A stretch of 64,000 nucleotides of DNA from Candidatus Omnitrophota bacterium. GTDB taxonomy: Bacteria; Omnitrophota; Gorgyraeia; 2-01-FULL-45-10; JAHFGN01. The translations under genes and the position numbers were made by a program. This document shows positions 56,359 to 64,000 of this stretch, one piece after another. The DNA lies in the NCBI GenBank assembly GCA_023247415.1, contig JAHFGN010000001.1, forward strand, positions 10,062 through 74,061. The letters are read 5' to 3'. The notes beneath the pieces were generated by a model. It saw only the letters and a list, made by a program, of their open reading frames with translations. It did not search any database and was not told the DNA's origin. How positions within the stretch are numbered: position 1 is the stretch's first letter; every line of letters starts with the position of its first letter.

Positions 56359-57405
56359 ATGCTGAGATATATGACAGGCGGTGAATCGCATGGAAAGTGT
56401 CTGGTCGCCATACTGGATGGCATGCCCGCTGGTTTGAAATTGGAGAAGCGGGCTATAGATAAGGAGTTGGCCAGGCGCAAGATAGGTTTTGGAAGAGGCA
56501 GGAGGATGGCGATAGAGAAGGACTCTGTCGAGATTCTCTCAGGCGCCAGGCATTCCTATACTATTGGGAGCCCGATAACACTGTTGATAAAGAATGTAGA
56601 CTGTTCTGGCGACAGGCTCGGCGTCATTCTGGAACCGAGACCGGCCCATGCGGATCTATCAGGCGCCCTGAAGTACGACCATCACGACATCAGGAATGTG
56701 CTTGAGCGCGCGAGCGCCCGCGACACAGCCTCAAGGGTTGCTGTCGGCGCAATCGCGAAGACCCTGCTCGGGGAATTTGGGATTGGAGTAACAAGCCGCG
56801 TTATTATGATCGGCGGCATCAAGGCGAAGGCGCTTATGGAGCGCGAGATAGCGGATGCCGCCAGGTCAGGCGACACGCTCGGAGGAATATTCGAGGTTGT
56901 CGCAAAAGGCGTTCCCGCGGGACTTGGAAGCTACTCCCAGTGGGACAGGCGGCTGGACGGCATTCTGGCGAAGGCCGTTATGTCCATTCAGGCTGTTAAG
57001 GGTGTGAGCTTTGGGATCGGGTTTCTCTATGCCTCCAAGAGAGGATCAGCTGTCCATGATGAGATATTCTACGACAGAAAGAAAGGTTTCTACAGAAAGA
57101 CGAATTCAGCCGGAGGCATAGAAGGCGGCATGTCAAATGGCGAAGAAATTGTAATACGCGCTGTGATGAAGCCTATCGCGACGCTTAAGAAGCCGCTTGC
57201 GAGCGTCAACATAAATACCAAAAAGGCCGTGAAGGCGGCTGTTGAGCGGTCCGATACTTGCGCTGTCCCGGCCTGCGGCATTGTGGCTGAAGGCGTGGTC
57301 GCGCTTGAGCTGGCCAGCGCGTTTCTTGAGAAATTCGGCGGCGATTCTATCCGCGAGGTCAGGCGAAATTACGACGGATATATAAAGCAGGTCAAGGCTT
57401 TCTAA
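56359..57405 (+). CDS. aroC: Chorismate synthase
   Basis: GESHG, PRPAHAD, ERASAR, GGIEGGMSNG, MKPIATL, RSD. Confidence 0.95.
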   Translation: MLRYMTGGESHGKCLVAILDGMPAGLKLEKRAIDKELARRKIGFGRGRRMAIEKDSVEILSGARHSYTIGSPITLLIKNVDCSGDRLGVILEPRPAHADLSGALKYDHHDIRNVLERASARDTASRVAVGAIAKTLLGEFGIGVTSRVIMIGGIKAKALMEREIADAARSGDTLGGIFEVVAKGVPAGLGSYSQWDRRLDGILAKAVMSIQAVKGVSFGIGFLYASKRGSAVHDEIFYDRKKGFYRKTNSAGGIEGGMSNGEEIVIRAVMKPIATLKKPLASVNINTKKAVKAAVERSDTCAVPACGIVAEGVVALELASAFLEKFGGDSIREVRRNYDGYIKQVKAF

Positions 57406-57915
57406 ATGAAAAACATCGTCCTCGTCGGATTTATGGGGACAGGCAAGACGGCTGTCGCGAAGGCGCTTTCGAAGGCCCTCAAGTTTAAATATGTCTCTAC
57501 CGATGAGCTTATTGAAGCGCGGGAGGGCATGCCGATAAGCGACATATTCGCGAAGAAAGGCGAGCCGTATTTTAGGGATATTGAAACGCAGGTTGCGAAA
57601 GAAGCCTCTGCCATGTCCGACGTTGTCATCGATGCAGGCGGCGGGATAGTTATAAGAGACGAGAATGTCGCGGCGCTTAAGAAAAACGGGATACTCGTCT
57701 GTCTTACGGCGAGCCCGGACAGTATATTGGCGAGGACAAGGCGGCTGAAGACCAGGCCTCTCCTGAATGTGAAAGATCCAAAGGCGAAAATAGAGGAACT
57801 GCTGAAGGCGCGCGCATCGTTTTACGCAAAAGCGGATTATCAGATTGACACAAGCAAACTGTCAGTTTCTGACGTTGCGGCTGAGATTATTAGGAAAAGA
57901 CACTGTCCAGCTTGA
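57406..57915 (+). CDS. aroK: Shikimate kinase
   Basis: GFMGTGKT, GEPYFR, GGG, RPLL. Confidence 0.94.
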   Translation: MKNIVLVGFMGTGKTAVAKALSKALKFKYVSTDELIEAREGMPISDIFAKKGEPYFRDIETQVAKEASAMSDVVIDAGGGIVIRDENVAALKKNGILVCLTASPDSILARTRRLKTRPLLNVKDPKAKIEELLKARASFYAKADYQIDTSKLSVSDVAAEIIRKRHCPA

Positions 57916-57956
57916 GGTGGAGACACTGTCCCGATTGGATTGGAAAGCGTCTCTAA
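57895..57956. repeat. Intergenic repeat family E, copy 2 (overlaps aroK stop)
   Basis: Matches 18801-18862. Confidence 0.75.
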
Positions 57957-57959
57957 TAC

Positions 57960-58877
57960 ATGATGATTCGAAAAGTTACTGTAAATGACAGAGAATACCC
58001 GGAGAATTTGAAGAATATATACGATCCGCCGAAGGCCTTATATGTGAACGGCGCGCTGGAGGCTGATGATAAGATGGCAGTGGCGCTTGTGGGCTCGAGG
58101 CGGGCATCGATATACGGGTTGGAGGCATGCGAGGACCTGGCGTATGAGCTTGCCTGCCGAGGCGTAACTGTAGTGAGCGGAATGGCGAGGGGCATAGATT
58201 CAGCCGCGCACAGAGGGGCGCTTAAGGCCAACGGCAGGACCATTGCTGTGATGGGCAGCGGGCATAATGAGATATACCCGCCTGAAAATAAAAGATTATA
58301 CGAAGATATCGCAAAGGCCGGCGCTGTTGTGACTGAATTCGAGGATGACGCGCCGCCGCTTCCTGCCAATTTTCCCCGGCGCAACCGCATAATAAGCGGG
58401 CTGGCTTTGGGTGTTGTCGTAGTTGAGGCGGCAAAAAATTCCGGGGCGCTCATAACGGCGAATTTCGCTCTTGAACAGGGCAGGGAGGTATTCGCCGTCC
58501 CCGGGAAGATATCGTCGCATACGAGCGCCGGGGCGAACGAACTTATAAAAGACGGCGCGAGGCTGGTTCAGTCTGTTGACGACATACTCGAGGAGCTGCA
58601 TATGGCTGAAATCAGGCCAGTATCAGGCGAGAATAAAGAAAAGTTGGACGATTCAATCGCGAAGAAGACGAGAGCCTATATCTATAATTCGCTCACCGAA
58701 AAAGAGAGGAAGGTCTACAAGGCGATGTCGGATGATTCGATCACGATAGATGAAGTTTTAGAAAAGACCAGCCTATCGCCTCAAGAGGCCAGGGACGTTT
58801 TGTTAAAACTGGAACTTAAGAAGTTGATCAGGCGTCTACCAGGGGAAAACTACGTTTTGAAAGGAGATTTGAGTTAA
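57960..58877 (+). CDS. dprA: DNA-processing protein DprA (lacks N-terminal SAM-like region)
   Basis: VGSR, VSGMARGID..AH, FPRRNRIISG, SGALITA, GREVFAVPG. Confidence 0.93.
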   Translation: MMIRKVTVNDREYPENLKNIYDPPKALYVNGALEADDKMAVALVGSRRASIYGLEACEDLAYELACRGVTVVSGMARGIDSAAHRGALKANGRTIAVMGSGHNEIYPPENKRLYEDIAKAGAVVTEFEDDAPPLPANFPRRNRIISGLALGVVVVEAAKNSGALITANFALEQGREVFAVPGKISSHTSAGANELIKDGARLVQSVDDILEELHMAEIRPVSGENKEKLDDSIAKKTRAYIYNSLTEKERKVYKAMSDDSITIDEVLEKTSLSPQEARDVLLKLELKKLIRRLPGENYVLKGDLS

Positions 58878-60883
58878 TGGCGAAGAATCTGGTTATAGTT
58901 GAGTCGCCGGCAAAGGCGAAGACGATAAATAAATTTCTCGGGAAGAACTATGAGGTGGTATCGAGCATGGGCCATATCATAGACCTGCCGAAAAATAGGA
59001 TGGGCATAGATGTTGAACATAATTTTAAAGCCGAATATATAGTTATAACCGACAGAAAGAAATATCTCGATGTCCTGAAGAAGGCCTCCAAAGACAAGGC
59101 CGCCATATATCTAGCCCCTGACCCGGACAGGGAGGGAGAGGCGATAGCATGGCACATCAGAGATGCCCTGAAGGACAAGAAGAAGAAATTTTTCAGGGTG
59201 ACATTCGACGAGATAACCCAGGCCGCTGTCCTCGAGGCGTTCAAGCACCCACGCGACATAGATATGAAATTAGTCAACGCCCAGCAGGCAAGGCGCATCT
59301 TAGACAGAATAGTGGGATACAGCTTAAGCCCGCTCCTCTGGAGGAAGGTCAGTCGGGGCTTGAGCGCAGGCAGGGTCCAGTCTGTGGCCGTGCGGCTTGT
59401 GGTAGACCGGGAACGCGAAATACAAAAATTCATCCCGAAAGAGTATTGGGAGGTAATCGCTGACCTGAAACGTCCCCCAGATTCCGCCATCGACAGCTTC
59501 AAGGCCAAGCTTGATAAGTTCGAGGATAAGAAGGCGGAGATAAATACCAAAGAAGAAGTCGACACGATTGTAGAGGAGCTGAAGCGGCAGGACTTCATAG
59601 TAAGTGATATCAAGGAGTTTAAGAAGAAGAAAAACCCGTTTCCGCCGTTTACCACAAGCAAGATGCAGCAGGAGGCGTTCAACAGGCTGCGTTTTCCCGT
59701 CAATAAGACGATGCATGTCGCGCAGACGCTCTACGAAGGGGTTGAACTCGGTAAAGAAGGCGCAGTCGGCCTTATTACCTATATGCGGACAGACTCTGTC
59801 AGGATATCAAAGGACGCCCAGACCGCGGCGAGGACATATATATTGGATAGATACGGCAAAAAATATTACCCCGAAACCCCGAATTTCTATAAATCGAAAA
59901 AGGGGGCTCAGGACGCCCATGAGGCGATCAGGCCGGCCCTGCCGCTCAGGCCGCCTGAAAAGGTCAAGTCCTTCCTGACGCCGGACCAGCTAAAACTCTA
60001 CGAACTCATATGGAACAGGTTCCTCTCCAGCCAGATGGCGCAGGCCCTCTACGCGGTTACAAGCGTGGACATAAAGGCCGGCCGGTTTATCTTCAAGACC
60101 TCGGACACAAAGGTAATCTTTGACGGCTTCATGGCGGTCTATGGGGAAGTGGAACTCGAGGAGGGCGAAAAATCAAAAAACAAAATGCCCGTGTTGAAGG
60201 TTGGCGAGAAACTGAATCTCTTAAGCCTTATCCCGAGCCAGCACTTCACAAAACCGCCTCCGAGATACTCTGACGCGTCGCTGGTAAAGGCATTGGAAGA
60301 GAAAGGGATAGGCCGGCCTTCTACATACGCGCCCATCATACACACGATAATCGCCAGAGATTATTGCATGAGAGAGTCCGGGTATCTGAAACCCACAGAG
60401 CTTGGATTCATAGTGACAGACCTCCTGGTGAAGCATTTCGATAAGGTCATAGACGAAAAGTTCACAGCGAAGATGGAAGATGAGCTCGACGGTATAGAGG
60501 AGGGCGAGATAGATTACCTGGTTGCCTTAAAGAGCTTCTACAGCCCGTTCATGCATCTCGTGGAAAAGGCGAAGACCGAGATGAAGAATGTGAAGCGCGA
60601 GGCCGTGGCGACAAATGAATCCTGCGAGTCCTGCGGCAAGCCTATGGTGATAAAGTGGGGCAGACGCGGAAAATTTTTGAGCTGTTCGGATTACCCAAGA
60701 TGCAAAAACGCCAAATCCATAACGACCGGAGTGAAGTGCCCGAATCCAGGATGCGCAGGCGAGCTCATCGCGCGCAGGTCCAGACGCGGTTCGTTCTACG
60801 GTTGTTCCAAATACCCGAACTGCACGTATATAACGAAGAAACTGCCGGAGGATACAACCCCTCACCCTACCCTCTCCCCATGA
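58877..60883 (+). CDS. topA: DNA topoisomerase I with zinc ribbons
   Basis: IVESPAK, DPDREGE, SAGRVQS, ITYMRTDS, GIGRPSTY. Confidence 0.96.
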   Translation: MAKNLVIVESPAKAKTINKFLGKNYEVVSSMGHIIDLPKNRMGIDVEHNFKAEYIVITDRKKYLDVLKKASKDKAAIYLAPDPDREGEAIAWHIRDALKDKKKKFFRVTFDEITQAAVLEAFKHPRDIDMKLVNAQQARRILDRIVGYSLSPLLWRKVSRGLSAGRVQSVAVRLVVDREREIQKFIPKEYWEVIADLKRPPDSAIDSFKAKLDKFEDKKAEINTKEEVDTIVEELKRQDFIVSDIKEFKKKKNPFPPFTTSKMQQEAFNRLRFPVNKTMHVAQTLYEGVELGKEGAVGLITYMRTDSVRISKDAQTAARTYILDRYGKKYYPETPNFYKSKKGAQDAHEAIRPALPLRPPEKVKSFLTPDQLKLYELIWNRFLSSQMAQALYAVTSVDIKAGRFIFKTSDTKVIFDGFMAVYGEVELEEGEKSKNKMPVLKVGEKLNLLSLIPSQHFTKPPPRYSDASLVKALEEKGIGRPSTYAPIIHTIIARDYCMRESGYLKPTELGFIVTDLLVKHFDKVIDEKFTAKMEDELDGIEEGEIDYLVALKSFYSPFMHLVEKAKTEMKNVKREAVATNESCESCGKPMVIKWGRRGKFLSCSDYPRCKNAKSITTGVKCPNPGCAGELIARRSRRGSFYGCSKYPNCTYITKKLPEDTTPHPTLSP

Positions 60884-60944
60884 CCGTAGGGCAGACTTAA
60901 GTCTGCCCTACGGCTCCCCAAAGGGGAGAGGGAAGGGTGAGGGG
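60858..60944. repeat. Composite hairpin repeat family B with GTAG palindrome; supplies topA stop codon
   Basis: Same sequence as 40949 copy; palindrome 60884-60913; TGA 60881-60883 lies inside the repeat. Confidence 0.85.
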
Positions 60945-60951
60945 AATAGCT

Positions 60952-61815
60952 ATGCAGCGCTACATTGATAAATTCATAAACTATCTGAAGATCGAGAAGA
61001 ACGCCGCGGACCATACTATTACCAGCTATTCGCGCGATCTGCGGGACTTCCGCTCTTTTTTAGGCGAAGGAGACATAGCCAAGGTTGACCATCTGGCCAT
61101 AAGAAGGTTTCTCGCCCAGGCCCGTTCAAGAAATTTATCCAAGCGCACAATGGCCAGACAACTCTCCGCGTTAAGGACTTTCTTCAGGTTTCTTACAAGA
61201 GAAGGCTATCTGAAGGCCAATCCCATAGCGGCTGTCTCGACGCCGAAGCTCGATAAATACCTGCCGGTATTTCTGGATGTCAATAAAATCCTTAGGCTTC
61301 TCGGCTCGCCCGCGGCTGACAGCGAGGAAGGCTTAAGGGACAGGGCGATATTGGAGACATTGTATTCCACCGGGATAAGGGTGAGCGAGCTTGTGGGGTT
61401 GGATTACGGCAGTGTGGATTTTATAAGCGGCGTTGTGAAGGTGCGCGGCAAGGGTAGAAAGGAGAGGATGGTGCCCATAGGCGACTCCGCCATCTCCGCT
61501 ATACGACAATATCTCGACGCCAGAATAAAAAAAGACGAGGACGCGGTCTTCCTGAACAGATTCGGCTCGAGGCTTACCGACAGAGGCATAAGGCGCCTGC
61601 TGGACAAATATATCAAAAAATGCAGTATAGACCAGAAGGTATCGCCGCATTCTCTAAGGCACTCCTTCGCGACCCATCTATTGGATCGGGGGGCGGATTT
61701 GAGGAGCGTCCAGGAACTCCTCGGCCACGTCAACCTTTCCACGACCCAGATCTACACGCACGTCACCGCGGACCGGCTTAAATCGGTTTACGACAAGGCG
61801 CATCCACGGGCGTAA
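60952..61815 (+). CDS. xerC: Tyrosine recombinase XerC
   Basis: RDRAILETLYSTGIRVSE, GKGRKER, HSLRHSFATHLL, LLGH...TTQIY; dprA-topA-xerC synteny. Confidence 0.88.
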   Translation: MQRYIDKFINYLKIEKNAADHTITSYSRDLRDFRSFLGEGDIAKVDHLAIRRFLAQARSRNLSKRTMARQLSALRTFFRFLTREGYLKANPIAAVSTPKLDKYLPVFLDVNKILRLLGSPAADSEEGLRDRAILETLYSTGIRVSELVGLDYGSVDFISGVVKVRGKGRKERMVPIGDSAISAIRQYLDARIKKDEDAVFLNRFGSRLTDRGIRRLLDKYIKKCSIDQKVSPHSLRHSFATHLLDRGADLRSVQELLGHVNLSTTQIYTHVTADRLKSVYDKAHPRA

Positions 61816-61821
61816 CTCAAA

Positions 61822-63096
61822 ATGAAAATTTTTTACAACATAATATTTTCCATCTACGCGATCTTTTACCTTCCGGCGCTTCTATTCAGAGGGCGGCTCC
61901 ATAGATATTTTTTAGAGCGCTTCGGGATATTCTCATGCGAAAGGCTTGAGGGCTTCAGCGTATATCAAAGGACTATATGGGTCCACGCGGTCAGTGTCGG
62001 CGAGGTTTCCGCCGCGAAGCCGGTTATCGATGGATTCAGGAAGGAATTTCATTCCTATAACATGGTAATCTCCACGACAACAAGGGCGGGCCATCACCTC
62101 GCCAAGTACCTGTTTTCCAATATCGCGACCATCATCTATTCGCCGCTCGACTTTAGTTTGATAACAAGCCGGGTTGCGCGCCTCGTCAAGCCCAACATAT
62201 TCTGCATGATGGAGACAGAGCTCTGGCCAAACCTCATATTATCTCTTTCGAAAGCGAATGCGCCCATTATCCTTTTAAACGGCAGGATTTCCGACAGGTC
62301 TCTTGGGGCCTACATGGCCGCATCGCCCTTCATGAGGCCGATATTGGCGCGGATAAGCGCGTTCTGCATGCAGTCTGAAACCGACGCCAGGAGGATCGAG
62401 GCGATTGGCGCGAACCCCGGGAAGATTACAGTGACAGGGAATCTGAAGTTTGATATCCCGATGAACAAAGTCGACGTGGACAGGAAGGATTTGGGGATAG
62501 GGCCGGACGAAGACCTGATAATAGCCGGAAGCACGCATCACGGCGAGGAGGCCGCGATATTGAAGGTATATAAGGCCTTATCGCGTAAGCGTAAAAACCT
62601 GCGGCTGTTGATAGCGCCCAGGCATGTCGAGCGCGCAAGGTCAGCGGAGATAGCGGCCCATAAATACGGCTTCAAGACCATGAGGGTCTCCCGGCTCGCG
62701 AGGATGCCAGCCGGAGCGGAAGGCAATGCGGTCCTGATTCTGGACACTGTAGGCCGGTTGAAGGACATATACGCCGCCGCGGCCATTGTATTTGTAGGAG
62801 GCAGTCTTATCAAAAAAGGCGGCCACAACCTCGTCGAGCCAGCCATGCACGCGAGGCCCATAGTATTCGGACCTCATATGTTCAACTTCAGGGACATGTC
62901 CGAGGCGTTTCTAAAAAATAACGCGGCGGCGCAGGTAAAGAACCCCCAGGAGCTGTTAGAGGTCTTTGAAAGACTTTTGACGAACCTAAAGGAGCGCGAG
63001 GCTCTCGGTAATAACGCGAAGAGGCTCATCGAGGCGAATTCCGGCGCGACAAAAAAGACCTTAGCCGTGATTCGCAATATAGCAGCTCAAAAATAA
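61822..63096 (+). CDS. waaA: 3-deoxy-D-manno-octulosonic acid transferase
   Basis: WVHAVSVGE, ETELWPN, NGRIS, GNLKFD, GSTH, PRH, GGHNLVEP. Confidence 0.94.
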   Translation: MKIFYNIIFSIYAIFYLPALLFRGRLHRYFLERFGIFSCERLEGFSVYQRTIWVHAVSVGEVSAAKPVIDGFRKEFHSYNMVISTTTRAGHHLAKYLFSNIATIIYSPLDFSLITSRVARLVKPNIFCMMETELWPNLILSLSKANAPIILLNGRISDRSLGAYMAASPFMRPILARISAFCMQSETDARRIEAIGANPGKITVTGNLKFDIPMNKVDVDRKDLGIGPDEDLIIAGSTHHGEEAAILKVYKALSRKRKNLRLLIAPRHVERARSAEIAAHKYGFKTMRVSRLARMPAGAEGNAVLILDTVGRLKDIYAAAAIVFVGGSLIKKGGHNLVEPAMHARPIVFGPHMFNFRDMSEAFLKNNAAAQVKNPQELLEVFERLLTNLKEREALGNNAKRLIEANSGATKKTLAVIRNIAAQK

Positions 63097-63141
63097 AAAT
63101 CGATAAAATCGATAAAAAAACCATGAAAATTTTCATAGAAT

Positions 63142-63180
63142 CTGTGCTGCAGGGTGCCCTCTTGTGGGACGTCCCCTTTT
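63142..63180. repeat. REP-like family A copy
   Basis: TGTGCTGCAGGGTGCCCTCTTGTGGGACGTCCCCTTTT. Confidence 0.85.
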
Positions 63181-63198
63181 ACCCTTTTACTTTTACAC

Positions 63199-64000
63199 AT
63201 GCGGGAATATATACATTCGATAATGCTGGATAAAAACAGGTCTTTGATCGCGAAGGCGGCCGCGGCCGTTTTATGGCTTGCGTCGATTATCTATGCGTTT
63301 ATCATATTTAAGCAAAAGGCGCTGTACCGCTCGAACATATTCAAAACGCACAGTGTTGGCGCGAAGGTGATAAGCGTCGGAAACCTCACATTGGGCGGAA
63401 CCGGCAAGACGCCGTTTACTATCATGCTGGCGAAGCTCCTGAAGAACGCGATGAACAGAAATCCGGCTGTATTGATCCGGGGCTATGGCCTTGACGAACA
63501 GGCGATGCTGCTGGACGCGCTTCGGCCGGACAACATACCTCTATTCGTGGGCAGGAACAGGTTGAAAAGCGCGCATATGGCAATAGCCTCTAAAAAAGCG
63601 GATACGATCCTTTTGGATGACGGATTCCAGCGATGGAGCCTGTCAAGAGATCTGGACATAGTCCTCATAGATACGAGAAATCCGTTCGGCGGCAATCAAC
63701 TCTTTCCCCGCGGGATATTGAGAGAGCCTGTCTCCAGCATAGAGAGGGCCGATGTGGTGGTCCTGACCAAGACAGATAAGAGCCTGGTCGATAGGGCTGA
63801 AGTTATGAGCCGGATAAGGGCGTTTAAAGAGGATATCGTCTTCGTTGAGGCCGAACACAGGCCGTCCGGCCTATGGGAGATCAGGACCGGAATACACCTC
63901 AATCTGGAGATGCTGAAAGGCCGCGGCGTCCATCTCGCCTCGAGTATCGGCGATCCTGACTACTTCGAAGAGACTGTGAAGGGTTTGGGGGCCAGGGTGC
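63199..64000 (+). CDS. lpxK: Tetraacyldisaccharide 4'-kinase (3'-truncated; absent from the ORF track)
   Basis: Hand translation from ATG 63199 gives VISVGNLTLGGTGKTP, RGYG, LDDGFQ, PRGILRE. Confidence 0.92.
   Translation, partial: MREYIHSIMLDKNRSLIAKAAAAVLWLASIIYAFIIFKQKALYRSNIFKTHSVGAKVISVGNLTLGGTGKTPFTIMLAKLLKNAMNRNPAVLIRGYGLDEQAMLLDALRPDNIPLFVGRNRLKSAHMAIASKKADTILLDDGFQRWSLSRDLDIVLIDTRNPFGGNQLFPRGILREPVSSIERADVVVLTKTDKSLVDRAEVMSRIRAFKEDIVFVEAEHRPSGLWEIRTGIHLNLEMLKGRGVHLASSIGDPDYFEETVKGLGARV

Noticed and set aside
60952-61815. Tyrosine recombinase as integrase or shufflon enzyme for the giant genes
   Set aside because: It sits in the housekeeping dprA-topA-xerC context with typical XerC length and motifs.
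1322-63902. Numerous antisense and alternate-frame ORFs in the track, including three with KPH/KPHKY
   Set aside because: They are shadows of + strand genes. KPH(KY) is simply the reverse complement of the conserved promoter motif.
1-64000. CRISPR array, tRNA/rRNA, diversity-generating retroelement
   Set aside because: No regularly spaced repeats, structural RNA signatures, reverse transcriptase or adenine-variant repeat pair were seen by eye.

Overview
Gram-negative bacterial chromosome window (waaA and lpxK present). The gene style suggests Candidatus Omnitrophota or a relative; this is an inference. Two ordinary housekeeping blocks are present: tatD-rSAM...mtnA-thiL-tsaE-tsaB-alr (10.9-18.7 kb), and ilvD-ilvB-ilvN-ilvC-leuA-aroE-pilD-aroC-aroK-dprA-topA-xerC-waaA-lpxK (48.2-64 kb). 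They flank a family of seven very large (0.9 to >3.1 kaa) + strand modular proteins: one at <1-9332 and six in tandem at 18.9-47.4 kb. All six complete members start with a Sec-type signal peptide followed by an 'LAP' motif. All seven end in a related ~170-200 aa C-terminal domain. Between these ends sit swappable cargo modules delimited by a recurring R-x-x-x-[S/N]-G linker. The recognisable cargos are normally cytoplasmic sugar-phosphate enzymes: NagB x2, PIG-L deacetylase, ROK kinase, a glucan phosphorylase/synthase-like GT-B, PPi-type PFK, class I aldolase, phosphomannose isomerase, histidine phosphatase/PGM, FBP aldolase/phosphatase, and a GAPDH-PGK-TPI fusion. Together they cover much of glycolysis/gluconeogenesis in apparently exported polyproteins. 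Three members share a distinctive promoter. The window also holds an AbiE type IV toxin-antitoxin pair, a REP-associated tyrosine transposase flanked by inverted REP-like repeats, and at least five families of intergenic hairpin repeats. No rRNA, tRNA or CRISPR array was seen. Domain boundaries and counts were estimated by eye.
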